Assembly (NCBI GenBank): GCA_000708835.1 | Contig: DF237129.1 | Span: 1 to 64,000, forward strand | Length of the DNA: 64,000 bases | Direction of reading: 5' to 3' | Origin: Klebsormidium nitens | Lineage: Eukaryota; Plantae; Klebsormidiophyceae | The notes under the pieces: generated by a model | Database searches by the model: none | What the model saw: the letters and a program-made list of their open reading frames with translations, nothing else | Told to the model about the DNA's origin: nothing | Position numbers and translations under genes: made by a program | Shown here: in pieces, positions 11,845 to 24,879 of the stretch | Position numbering within the stretch: the stretch's first letter is position 1 | Layout of the letters: every line of letters starts with the position of its first letter

Positions 11845-14800
11845 ATGAAGGTAGTTGCGCTTGTGAGCGGGGGCAAGGACAGTTGCTACAACATGATGCT
11901 CTGTGAACAACATGGCCATGAGGTATGACCACCACCATCAATACAGTCCTCTTGCTTGTTGAGCACACCTGCTTACTTGAAGTTCCATCTTCTTTGCTAT
12001 CTTCAGGCATGGGTCAAAGTGGAATCACTTCGAGCACATTCTACATGTTACTCACTTCTGGCATTGCACCCTCAGATTGTGGTTGTAAGAATACAAGGTG
12101 ACTTCAGAACTGCAATTGTGCACCCTCTCTCTGCTGCAGCAATGTTTTGAAAGAGAGCAGGTATGTACTCTCAAAATGTATTATCAACCTTTTGCTCTGC
12201 AAACTTTACCCCCCTTCACCTTCATCAGCTCCTGTGCTTCTGATGCAGATTGTGGCGCTCGCAAACCTGCTGCCGGAAGATGACGCAACGGACGAGCTTG
12301 ACAGCTTCATGTACCAGACGGTCAGTTTACGCAACTCCTCTTGTTATCGATGATGGTGAACTACTTACAAGCAGGCCAGCAGCAATCTGGAGTCAATCTT
12401 GTTGACCGAGTACCAATGAAGTTTCTGGACAGGGTGGCCGGCACATATTCAGACTTGAGAAGACGAATGGAACGATCTTAGCTGCCAGTCGGTTTGAAGG
12501 GACTTCTTTTGCCGTAATATGCTGACTCACTGGAGATACACGCATCGTTCTTTCGAGCAGGGCAAACGCAAAATGAATATGATATCTCCAGAATTGTCGA
12601 GACAGAAAGGCCAAAGGCTGCCACAACAATCTTTGTGAACCCCTTTTGCTCCTGACGCTTGGCTAATTCTTCCAGGTTGGTCACCAGCTTATCGCCGCCT
12701 ATGCCACGTGCATGGGCCTCCCCCTTTTTCGGCGGCGCATCCGGGGCAAGTCCAAGTCGCAGGGCCTGCAGTACTCTGCGACAGAGGGAGACGAGGTGGA
12801 AGACCTTCAGGTGCTTCTTGCAGCGGTGAAAGAGGCAATTCCGGACGTCCAGGCGGTGTCCTCAGGGGCAATTGCGTCCGACTACCAGCGACTGCGGGTC
12901 GAAAACGTAGGTGCTTTCCCGAAGTGAAGTCGATATCGAGGGGTCTGGATATGGTCTATCTCCTGATGAGTATATAAAAGTGATCTGAAATGTACAGCAA
13001 ATACTTTCTCACCTGTCTCCATCTAGGAGTTGGGTGATTGTAGGGAAACGGCAACACGGTTGGCAAGGAGTGGCGAGAACCTCTGCACCACCTCAAAAGT
13101 CGTTTTCACTGCGAGCAGGCTCGTCTGGGACTTTGTCTGCAGTCACAGCTCAGACGCGCCGTTGATCTATTCACAGCTGGTCAAGGACAGCTCCGGCTTG
13201 CAGGAACACCGCTTATCCAGGGGTTTACTGTAGCCGCCACACTCTTTTCTCTCGTCAGTCATCTTACGCTGAGCGCGGCCGCACCTTTGTCGGGACGGGC
13301 CTCCGGTATGCCGCCACCCTCTGCTACCGTCCCTGACCCGCCAGATTCTCGCAGGTCTGCTCTCGGTTGGGCCTGATCTCGCTCGCCTTCATGTGGCGGC
13401 GCGAGCAGTCCGGCCTGCTTTCGGACATGGTCGCGGCGGGCGTCCGAGCGGTCCTGGTGAAAGTGGCGGCCATGGGGCTGGACCCCCACAAGCATTTGGG
13501 GCGGGAGCTGGGGGCGATGCACCCGACCCTGGAGCGACTCAAGACGTGAGAATTTCCTCGCTCTAGTTCTAGGGCGGAGCTTCCGGGAAAATTCGGCTCT
13601 TCGGCAGAGTGTTCTGCGAGGCATCATGAATGTTTGAGTTTGAGGTTCGATCGAGCTGTGCGATGCTCCGTTTGGGCTTGAATAAGACAAGTGCGACGGT
13701 CTGCAAAGACGTCGGACGACAAACGAAGTAGTCGACCACAATCACCACTCTGGACTCATGAGAAGCGGACACGCAGCGCTTGCATGTCAACGTACGAAGG
13801 TCGGCTCTTGAGAAGGAGTAGAAAATCCAAGGGGCGATCCGTGCACTGATGTATCCACACGAGCAGCTCAGCAGGCGAATGACATGCTAGTTGCAAACGG
13901 TGCTATTGACTGTCAGGAGCCTTTGCTACTCAGTACTCGCTTGCTTACGTGTCGTCCTGGTTGCTGTCTCCCTTCAGGCTGTACGGTTGCAACCTGTGCG
14001 GGGAAGGGGGCGAGTACGAAACCCTGACTCTCGACTGCCCGCTGTTCAAGGTAAGCCGGCTTCCAACTTCGCTCGTCTCCTCTTCGCGTCTATCTCCGTG
14101 CAAAGATTTGGCTGGTCTCAGCCCAGGCTCGAAAATGTATGGTCTTGTGTGAAGCTTGATGACGCGTCAATGACTAGTCTGCTCTTCAGAGCCAGTTACA
14201 AGCATTCCGCGAGATGACATTTATCTTCATGTGTCGAGCGATGCTTTTGGGCAAAAATCCTATGTCGAGACTCTTGCTCGTTGCCTCAACACTTGTGAGA
14301 TTGGTGGCGAATCCTGAACCTTGTTTCTGATGCTACCGAGGTGAAAGGGACATCGGCCGAGATGTTCGATTTGTATCTGCGGGAATGAACGTCGTATCAT
14401 GACTGGCTTACGATTCTTCCGGAGGCGTTTCATCCCTGCGGCGCTCCCATGTTCGCCATAGACAAGAAGTTTATGTCTTGCTGACGCACAGTACAACCAA
14501 GACAAGTTCGAAGCTGCCCTTTTTTACGGAGTTCACAAGCTATCAACAGCCAGTCCTTCCGCCCAGAGGTGCGAGGAACTTCGCAACGCCAGCAAAACAG
14601 GTGCAGCTTTCTATTCGTGCAGCACGCTCGCATCGTTCTGGACGAGACGGATGTCATTATCCACTCTGCCGACGCCTTTGCACCGGTCGGCATTCTGCAC
14701 ACAAAAAAGTTCCATCTTGAGCCAAAAGAATTAGCGGCGGTCCCCGTACCTGAGGCTCGACATGTGTCTCAAAAAGGAGGCCTTGTCGATACGAACGCTC

Positions 14801-17279
14801 GGGTCGAGAGAGGCGGGGCGGAAGTCATCATGGTGGAAGACAGGGCCCCTCGTTCTTCGGACGAAGGGTCTGGCACAGTATCGGCCGCATCGGAAGCAGA
14901 CCGGAAAACGGAAGGTCGAGAAGGGGTTCCCAATGTGGAAAGGAACGAGGCTGTGGACTCGATGGAAGGGGGATCAGAAGATGACGTCACAGTGGGAAAT
15001 GTTGATCCAGACGGCATCTTTAGAATACGCTGCGGTCACCCGATCCCAATATCGGACGGTGGGCCTCCAGCCGTCCCCTCGACAGATGGAGCTCTTAGCA
15101 CAGGCCAGGATAGCACAGGGGGAAGTTCAGGAGGGGAGACGGGCACCTTAAGAGCAAGCGGTTCCGGTCCCAGTTCCGGTTCCGCTTCGAATCTAAGAGA
15201 GGGGGTCTCGCCGCAGCAGACCGAAGGCGCCGTACGCTCGCTGCTGACGTCAGCAGAGGCGGAGCTCGCGGCGCAGGGCATGACGTGGGCCGACGTCATC
15301 TACGTGTACCTCTTCCTGGCGGACATGGCGCACTTTGCGCGCGCCAACGCTGCGTACAAGCAGGTCATCACGGAGGAGAAGTGCGCGTGCGGCCGGGGGG
15401 TCCCCTCCAGGTCGACGGTCCAGGTGGAGCTGCCCCCCGGGTGCGCGGCAAAAGTGGAGGTGCTAGTGGCGGGGGTTGGCAAGGTCGTGAATGGCCGAGC
15501 GGTAAGAAACGAGAGTGTCGGGGTCCAAAGCGGGCGAACGGACGGAACCGGAAATGCTTTAGAAGAGGGGAAGCGGAACGATGTTGAAGCTGCGGTGATG
15601 GCAACTCGTGGAGAACGGGGTAGTACACTGGCGGATTATGCGGGAGGAAGTGCGGAGAAAGGGGAGCCTAGAGCTTTAGGGGCCGCCGGAGGTGGGCGTG
15701 AGGAGCGCCAGGCTGGTGCGGGCGAAGCGGAAACTAGAGAGGCGGGAGAAAGATACGGATGTGCCGGGGAGGAGCGGCCGTGGAAGAAGGTGCTCCATGT
15801 GCAAAGCATTTCGAGCTGGGCGCCCAGCTGCATCGGCCCGTACAGCCAGGTAATCATATTCATTCAAGCTCAAGAAGCGAGAACTTGACTGTGATTATTT
15901 CGTGCTTTTCCGGACAGCGGATCAGGTTCCTGTCTGACTTGGCTGCAGAGTGATTTTGGCTTCCTTCTTGACGTTTGTTCGGGCTTTATGCGAGCCTAGA
16001 TTGCAGGAGCCGCTGACTGGCATCGAACCAGCAAAGCTGTTGCGAGGAAGAGACGTTGGACGCATCGAGGTTCGGGCGGCCCCTCTTTACCCAGCTCGCC
16101 TCCAAACCAGCGCTTGATTCATGAAGCGTCCAGCCTTTCAACATCGATAGTTGTTTCCTAAAGGAAAAGCGGAGCGGCTGATTCCCAGTTCAGTCTGCGA
16201 ACGATTCAATCGTATCCGACAAGCTTTCGGACTTAAGGTCAAGTCTGCTAAGTCGATTGAGTTGGAAAGAGGTTCACTCTGCGAGTGTTCTTTTGCAGGC
16301 CACGTCATACAACGGGCGGCTCTACATGGCGGGAATGCTGGGCTTGGATCCTGCCACGATGGAGCTCGTCGCAGGGGGTGCGGGAGCCCAGATGGCGAGG
16401 GCGCTCCTAAGTTGCGAGGCCGTGACACAGGTGAAGCCCTAGGTTCATATTTTCCGCACTTTCTAGTCTCTCCACCCCCTCATAACAAGTCACTCCCTTC
16501 TCCTTAGACGCCGCAGTATACGTGACTTGTCCTGGGCCGCAGTTACGGAAAGCCCAGCACGCGCTGAAAGCAACCGGCTTCATCTCGTGTCACCCCTCTC
16601 CACCCCCAGTGGTGTCCGCTAAAAGCAAAGCGAACCTCGCATGGCCCTCTGCCCCTGACGCCCTCTGCATGCCCCCAAGTGGAATTTCAGAACCTCACGA
16701 TGTCTGTTGCTTTAAAGTTACCAGTATATCTCTTCCAAATGTGCGTGATTCAGGACACGCAGCTGCGTACGAGTTTATATTCGATAAGCGACTCCATCAA
16801 TCGGAGTATTCATATTGGCATTCCCAACCCGTTTGCTTCTCGTTCCCCAGGCAATGGGCACGTCCGCACGGCTGAAGGGAGAGACGTTCACCATCTTTCA
16901 CGACAAAAAGTGCTCGGAGGACGATCTCCGGGCAGTGGAAGAAGAGCTCGGCATATTCATGGAAGGCCGGCCAAGTGCTCGGTATATAGACAACTTCAAC
17001 CAGACTTCCCCGAAGCAGGAAAGCGAAGAGAACCCGTTAGCGGGGTCTCTGCAACCTTCCCAACGGCGGGATCTAAGGGAAGAAGTGGCTCGGGAAATGC
17101 AGCTTGAGTTGGAGGCTGATGACGTGCAGAGTGAGGACGCTGCAAACGGTGTCTCCGCTTTGGAGATCGCCTCGGAAGCAAGCAGACACGGACCTTGCGT
17201 CAAGTACGAACGTGTTCCTGGATTGCCCAAGGGAGCCTTGGTAGAAGTTGTCATGGTATGCAGAGTTGACTCCATGTAA
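11845..17279 (+). CDS. DPH6: Diphthine-ammonia ligase with C-terminal RidA/YjgF-like domains, about 810 aa, 8 exons
   Basis: Exons 11845-11922, 12249-12320, 12676-12906, 13355-13545, 13978-14050, 14623-15849, 16299-16430 and 16851-17279. Motifs: MKVVALVSGGKDSC, ELDSFMYQTVGH, GAIASDYQRLRVENVC, CGEGGEYETLTLDCPLF, VLHVQSISSWAPSCIGPYSQ and LPKGALVEV. Confidence 0.93.
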
Positions 17280-18338
17280 AGAAGAGTTACGTGTCCAGAG
17301 ACTCGGGCGCAATGGCGGATATTGCGTCCTAGTTGCACGGACAGTGCTTGAGTTTGTCCGCGGAATGCACATACCGACGTCCTGCGCGCCAGCTGTACAT
17401 GGTGTCCGTATATGAATGATGTACTGCCTCTAAATATACCGGAAGCTACAATTAGAATCTGATGCTCACAATGTAGCCACAAAGGTAGCCGGGTAGGCTG
17501 CTCGATATCATTAAAGCAACTTGAAGACTCCTAGGCTATAGCGCTACTGGTTGTGCTTGTGATGCGCTTAAGGCGTGCTCCAACGATTATATCAATGCAA
17601 TCTGAACATGGCTGCCTGCAACTTATAATGACGTACGCACGCTAGCTTCATTGACAGCCTACACATGCAAATTTCCTACGTGCATGCATGCATGCGGCCC
17701 ATGCAGGGGAGAGCCTATACGAACGGCAGCCCAATCCCAAACCCACATATGCAATATATCAATGATATATATGAGCTCACCCGACCGCGAAAATATGCAC
17801 AAAGAATGCGCCATTGGGGTCCAGGCCCTCCGGCATGGGGCGGCTAGCTTCAGCATGTGTGCAGCGTACCGTCGTTTGCACAATGATGGCATATACTAGT
17901 TGACATGTTATAGCACGACGCGCAACTGAGCACAATAATGCAACCTATTGAGCAAACTTCCGCCGCTTGGCATTCATGATCGAGCTTGGCAATTAACTCC
18001 CATGGAAATAGGACCTATAAACACCACTAGCTCCAGTGCGGTGTACGGGAGGTCTTCATGCTGGAACGTACTCCGGGGACCTCATGCAATGCAATGCACG
18101 TTTTCTACAACAAAACTTCATGCATGCATGCCATGAGCACTTTTGATTTCCTGCGTACTATGACAAAGCTATCACAACGGCCATTCGATGCGAATAGTTC
18201 CTGATCCAATGATTTTTACCAGGATGCTGAGGATCAAGCAAAGGGAACGCAGAAAGCAGGTGCGAAAGTGCGAAAAGAGACAGTGAGGTTATTCGAACCT
18301 GAACCTAAAGGCATCTATTTACATTCAACGTTGTGTCT

Positions 18339-20346
18339 TCAACGTTGCTCACACACAGTGCTAGGAACCAATGTAGTACTACTTTGAGGGTCGCTTTTGC
18401 TCCCTTTACCCCCTTCAATTGTGGCGAACTGACTGGTCCGACCAACAATGGAGGCTCCCTGGTAAAACGCCTCGACTCCTAACTCCTTCATACACCCCAG
18501 ATATACAGAGCTTGAAGACACCACCCATCAACCCCCTTTAGAAAATTGTAAGGTCTTAAAAACCGTCCGTTGTTGATTTCCCATTGCGTGCATGACATTG
18601 AAACCGCTTGGCTGGCATCCACCTTACGCCACTAGAAAGCACTTTCGTTTTCTGCCTTCAAAACAGTTCTATCCACCATATGCAAAAGCAATTACCGGCT
18701 CCGCGTGTCCACGTCGCTGACCCCCATCTCGCTGTACAGCGAGCGCAGCATCCCCTTTCCAAATTCCCTCCCCTGCCACTCGCTCAGAGCGGACATATGC
18801 ATCAACGCCTCCTGAAAGAGCCAGTTCGGTTGGGGCTGTCCGAAAGTGCCTTCCGCCCCCCCCCGGATTGCTGCGGGCGCAGCGCCCCCCAAGCCATGCA
18901 GCATGGGAGTTATGAAGCGGTTGAGGGAAGAGCTCTGCGTGACCTGGGGAGGCCTCTCTACGGGGCGGGGCGCGGCGGAGGCGGCGGCTCTGTTGAGCTC
19001 AGCAAAGCTTTGGGAGAGGCTGGGGACGGGCTGAGCGGTGGGAGCAGGGGCTGGAAAGTAGCAAAAGGGAGTGTGGTTAGAACATCAAGACGGGCCTGGG
19101 ATATAAATCAGGTGGGGGGTGCACATTCTGAACTCAATCATGACATCTCTACTAAGATTAAGGTTCGGTCAGGCCCCCACTACTGTGGAATGCTTGAGAT
19201 GGACATGCATGTCCTGCACCTACCTTAAGGACTTTCAAGGCAGCTGAAGTGGATGATGGATTGAGCAAGGAAATGAGAGGCTGAGAATGCAGAGGGCAGA
19301 CTTCAGAAAGATACTGGGGCTCCCAGAAAGATTTGTGTCAAGAAAAGGGCGCTTGATGACAAGCTCAGAATGTTCTGCTTGTGTGTAAAGTCATGACATG
19401 GCTCAACAAAACTGTGAACGAGCACTGAACAAACTCAATTGAGATACTCGTCCGGCTTGTTTGATGCGTGTCTGCATTTTGTAAGGTCTTGTTGAATGTT
19501 GAGTTTGGATGATTAGTGCACAGAATGAATGCAACTTGCGAACAATAGAGGTGTTCGACAGGTGCAAGCAAAGTGTGGCATGCAAAAGTTAATTAAGTGA
19601 ACAAAAGCCAGATAACCAAAAACACAACAAGGAGACAAACAGATCCTAAATTGTAGTTGACTTTATGAACAGTGGACATGACATGTGCCTTGCGCAGCAA
19701 AAGGATCGGTGCCACAAATTGGCAGTTCCCTCTAAGAAGCTGATCCGAAGGCACATTCTTGTCAGAGGTCCCCGGTATGACAAAAAACAGCCTCCCATAA
19801 TGATTGGTGCTCAATCAAAAAACACTTTTTGTAACAATTGACAAAACGAGGTGCTAACATGTGAGCAGATCCGTCCTCACGCAAGCGTGCTGGCTATGCC
19901 TATTCAGATATAAGAAGCTTTCAGCTTCTTTACAGATTGTCAGCTCTGAACAGGGCAACAGGTAAAGGGGAACAGCTCGCCTGCCTGCAATGTTAGCAAG
20001 AGATTGCTTTCTGCTACAAGTGTTAACACAGAGCAGTCACATCAAGCTCTTGCAAAGACCGCTTACCGGCAGGGCTCGTCCACCAGGAACCCCCCCCAGC
20101 GCTGTCTCCGAACAGCGACTGTCCTATTGGTTCCAAATCATCGCTTCCGGACGCCCCAAGATCAAACAGCCCCCCCCGGAACGGCGAGCCTGAGCGCCTC
20201 TGGTCAGTGGCCCCAAGAGCAGCAGGAACAGCATCCGCTGCTGAGGCATCATTGGCGATGCTCTGGGAGCGGAGGACGAAGTCGACCAGCTGGCGCTCCT
20301 GGCCCAGCCTCCGCAGAGTGCTGGCGAGCGTCCGCTGAGCTGACAT
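18339..20346 (-). CDS. Hypothetical orphan protein, about 268 aa, 3 exons
   Basis: Exons 20346-20067 (donor G|GTAAG), 19050-18696 (acceptor ctttccag, donor CG|GTAAT) and 18510-18339 (acceptor ttcaag) join in one frame, 807 nt in total. The Arg/Ser/Leu-rich N-terminus MSAQRTLASTLRRLGQ resembles a transit peptide. No family recognised. Confidence 0.55.
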
Positions 20347-21044
20347 CGTGCTGCAATGTGTGCTGCCTACCGTCTGGCTGGCGGGACCACACGTTTCAAT
20401 CCGCAGGGGGGCCCTTGCAGGCCCTCAGCACAACCCCAAATGTGGCAAGGATCCCAGTGCTCTGTGCTCCGTCCACAGTGACAGAGCACTGCTGGCGACC
20501 TTCTCTCCCCTGGGCTGAGTCCCCTTTTGCTTGTGCTGATCTGGGTCTGTGAATTGAGGAGCTTTGCACACACGCGGAACCTTCCCCTTTCTTCCGCCGT
20601 GACGCAACCCCAGTCGAAAGTGACGCGCTAACGCTCTTACAATGTTTACCATTACCGCCGCAGGTCACGGACTGGCACAATTTTGCTCGAACTTATTAAG
20701 GAAGGAAGAGGTGAATTTAACTTGAAACTTCCGCTCTAGTTTTCCACCTCCAGAGTTCCAAACGGCAAATTCCAATTCAGCTGCCCTTGGTCTCAAGCAT
20801 TCTCTGCGCGTCACTGTCCCTGGCACTTTCTTCTGAATTTCCTTGAAAATTTTATTATTCTGCGGTCCTCACGTGACAAGCAGGTAGGAGGCGGCAGGTT
20901 TTGTAAGTTTGTTTGTCTGCCAGCAAATTGCTCATCTTGGCCTGGTGGCGTGGTCGATTAGAGCACGCACCAATGAGCGACCTCCTGCCTCATACTTGAG
21001 TAACTGCTTGCAAGTAGGGCGACTTCTTTTCCCTCCTTACGAAG

Positions 21045-24000
21045 ATGGAGCAGCAGAATCCTGGGAGGTTTACTGAAGCGGCATCATTTTCGGGGAGGGA
21101 TATGGGGGCCGCTTCGGGTCTGAGGACGGCTGGGGTGGGTTGGAGCAAAGTGCGACTCTCCAGTGACCATGTTTCGTGGGACCGCCGCCAGCCAGGGGAC
21201 GAAAGTCTGCTCAGTTTCGCCCTGGAGGTGGTTCCAGCTTGGACTAAGCTTGTGGACCAGAAATTAGGGTTGCGAAGACATCAGCAGCCATCGCCAGCAG
21301 ATTGCGCTGGCAGTATAAGTAGAGTGCCGCGTAGGAGACGGGGACGAGGTGTTAGCTTAGTGGTAGACAGTAACTCCGCTTTTGACCTCGCTTCGCCACT
21401 GCTTCAGGAGGCTGAGATGAGCTGGGAAAAGGAAGAGGCAATTGAGGTAGCGGAACTGACACAGTCGTCAAAGTTAGATTCTGAGAATAGGGAAGCAAGC
21501 TCTACTGCGATTGTAGACGAGGATGTAACTGATAGAGAAGGTCTGGGGGCCCAAATTTTGAAACGAGGAGCGCGTTGGCGGGATGTACTGTCAAGGAACA
21601 GTGTCCAGCTGCTCAGGCAGCTTCCAAGGTTGAGTCCTGAGGCGGCCAACACGTTTAAGCACTTGTTCTCGGGGGCGGTAGCAGCAGCGGTTGCTAGGTG
21701 AGTCAGCAACTAGGGAATGCCTTTGAATCTCTCTGACGTTACAGCTTGTCCCGATCAAGCTGCCAGTTTCGGTGTCACCTAATATAGACTATTTCCACTC
21801 ACAAACAGACTGACTAACTTACACTAATGTTTTCACTAAAAGTAGCAGGTTGCTCGGAACTAGCTGTAAGAGCAGCTTTTTATCATAGGGCGTACTCTGA
21901 ACTTACTTTTTGAAAAATCGTTCCTGCATTTATTTGTTTGCCTTGCCCTTTCCACTGATGACTTAGTGATTTATGCACTAGTAGTCAAGCACAAGCAAAG
22001 GTGGCAGCTGGGACTTTGTTGGCTTCTGCGAGTCTGCAATGAAGCAAGGAGAGTTGTGGCACAAGAGAAGGCAAAGCTCCGAGCCTGGGTGCAAGGTGCA
22101 TGCATCTGTACAGCTCCTTAACAGAATTGAGATTGGTTGCAAGTCCTGTCTTTTATATGGTGGTGATCGCTTCAGATTCCCGACTTTCTTTCAACAGTTG
22201 CTGTTGGAGTCACGAACCAGCACAAGTGCTGTTTTCATATGCAATGGGGTCCATGTGACGATTTGAAATGCTGAGTGCTACTTTTGAATCTTCTTTTTCA
22301 GCTCCTCGGTTAACTCCCACGGTGGCGAATGGTGAAAGTTGTGTTACATAAGCAGGCAGGCAACGCACTGGGGGAAAGAATAGCATTTTTCATGCTTTGC
22401 TTTTGCAGAGCGTAATGTCGCGCACACCGACACCGTTTAAGACAGTATTCTCCCTCTTCTCCCTGACCTTTTCGAGCCAGCTCTTGGACCAAAACCACGA
22501 TCCAGATGGACACCCTGGACTGACACCATTTTCCGTTTCACCGCAGGACCTCAGTTGCCCCCCTCGAGCGCGTCAAGGTCGAGTACATCATCCACGACGT
22601 GCAGACGAGCGTGCCCGAGACCGTCTCCCGCATTCTCCAACACGAGGGCGCGGGGGGCTTCTGGAAGGGGAACGCTGTCAACATCCTCAGAACGGCCCCA
22701 TTCAAGGCCGCCAATTTCTACGCGTTTGATTTGTATCGGAAGGCGTTTCTGAAAAGAAGGGGCCAGCGGGACCTGACGAACTGGGAGAGGATCATGGCGG
22801 GAGCGGCCGCGGGGGCGACCGCCACTGTCGTGTGCTTCCCGCTCGACACCGTAAGTAACCCCTGTGATCACCTTCTGTTCTTGTTTGAATCCCGTTCTGT
22901 AGCTCGATATTTCGTTGGTAGACGGGTACAACGACTTTCAGTCCCTTTGAATGATTGGACAGCTGGTAAAGCGGCTGTTGGCTGCTGCCATCAAGACCAT
23001 GTTTTAAACAACCTTGTTCGTTGAGAATAGCTTGAGAAGATTGTTGAAAGGCTTCTCTGTTTCGTCAAAGTGCACGCGTTCACTCGAGGCCATACACGGG
23101 TTGTTCGATACCTGCAGTCACGTACAAAGATCCGTACCAGGAGACCCTTTGAAAGAGCTGTAGAAAGAGGCCTTCCGTTTCTATTGTGTTTCTCGTTCAG
23201 ACTTTGGTGAATTACTTCTTTTTCAAGTGTGGAAGTAATGTACCTTCCTTTCAGTGTTCAATCGAGATCGATTGGAGATTCCAAACGAACCTGTATGTCG
23301 GATTGAGTCTGAACGGGAAACACTGCGAGACAGATGTGTTATCTTCCTGCAACTTGCGGTTGAGGGCGTCTGTGTAATAATCAGCATAGATTATAGTCTT
23401 CGCTGTTGCGATTCCTGAGCTGGTGAAATTTGCAACCGTGCCATTCAAAGAGCCGGCAGTCTCTGTAACGGGCCTGCATGACGTTCCCAGATTCTGGCAT
23501 ACGGCGTAATTTTCTTAACAGAAGCTTTCTTGCCCTGCAGGTACGTACCCGCTTGATTGCGCGCCCCGACCAATTTCGGGGCGTGATTGACTGCTTCTAC
23601 CAAGTTATCACGAAAGAGGGGCCGATCTCGCTTTACCGGGGGCTACTCCCGGGCATAGTATCGATGGCGCCTGCGGGGGCCGTCTTTTACGGGGTCTACG
23701 ATCTGCTGAAAGCACAGCACCTGAGGTAGGCCCAATAGCGACCCGTTTTCCGACTCCTCTTTACTTTCTTCGCGCCAGTCCGCTGTCAATGCCTCCGCAG
23801 GTTGAGCTTTTCTGATTTTGTGAAAAGTCGATGACTCCCGACGTTTGGCGGTTTTCTTCTCTTCCGACGCGTAATTTTTGAACAGACTGAAAGAGAAAGG
23901 CCGCTTGAGAAGCAGGTTCAGAACGCACTTTTGATTAGGTTGAGGTAAGATGCGGTTTTCTTTTGCGCTTCTTGTATGATATCGGCGGCTTATGCGATGC

Positions 24001-24879
24001 TTCACTTTGGAGATTGGTGACAGTTGATCAGTCTTGGATCTGGTTTTTGATCAGTCTGCTTTTGATCAGCCTTTAAGCTGAATTTTCCTTTTCCGTCCCT
24101 TCTCTTTAGCTGAGGGGTAGAATAGCAACGCCAGCGCAGACATCCTCATTGGAACACCCTGCCATCTGCCGTTGCGTAAGAGCAGGCCGCCCCCTCTGGA
24201 ACACGCTTGCTTTGGTTTGTCGGTGGTCTTTAAGCCAGCTCCTTGTCAGTTCCGCCAGAAGAGGTGTCAATACCTCTGAACCCTCGAGTTTGCTAGTTCA
24301 TTCCTTCGTGCTAATAGTACCTTTCCTGACTGCACAACGTCCAGTGAGAACCCTATCCTTTCCTTATAAGCTTCCGCGGGTTGTTGGGCAACCCCATGTG
24401 CGACGTCCTCCTTAACAGACGAGTCTCGAGCAAAGGCATGTAAGCTTTCTGTTATTGCCGATGGCATTGAAATCACTGCTGATGCCAGCGAACCTCAATG
24501 CAGGTCGGTGAAAAGCCGCGACAATTTTGACACTGCTAGTGGGGCGAGCGCCCCAGAACCGAGCAAACAAACACCTTCGACTTTTGGCACGCATCACACC
24601 GAGTTGGGGACCTTCCGAACGCTGCTCTACGGGGGCATATCCGGTATCTGCGCGGAAGCGACAACGTATCCGTTGGAAGTGTTGCGGCGGCAACTTCAGT
24701 TACAAGGCGCAAGAGGGATAAAGCTAGGCCTGCGAGAAACAGTAGCGCAGATTCTGCGCCAAGGCGGGCCGGGTGCGTTTTACGCAGGCCTCCTACCAAG
24801 TTCGATGCAGGTCATCCCGAGTGCCGCTCTAAGCTACTATGTGTACGAGGTTTGTAAAAACGTCATGATGGTGACGTGA
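21045..24879 (+). CDS. BTL3: Mitochondrial carrier family protein, BTL2/BTL3-like adenine nucleotide transporter, about 505 aa, 4 exons
   Basis: Exons 21045-21697, 22547-22850, 23541-23725 and 24504-24879. Three Px[DE]xx[RK] carrier motifs (APLERVK, FPLDTVR, YPLEVLR), plus KHLFSGAVAAAVAR and GFWKGNAVNILRTAPFKAANFYAFD, typical of plant BTL carriers. Confidence 0.85.

Noticed and set aside
18608-19228. 206-aa plus-strand ORF as a gene
   Set aside because: It is antisense to exon 2 of the spliced minus-strand model, has a non-ATG start and shows no recognisable motifs.
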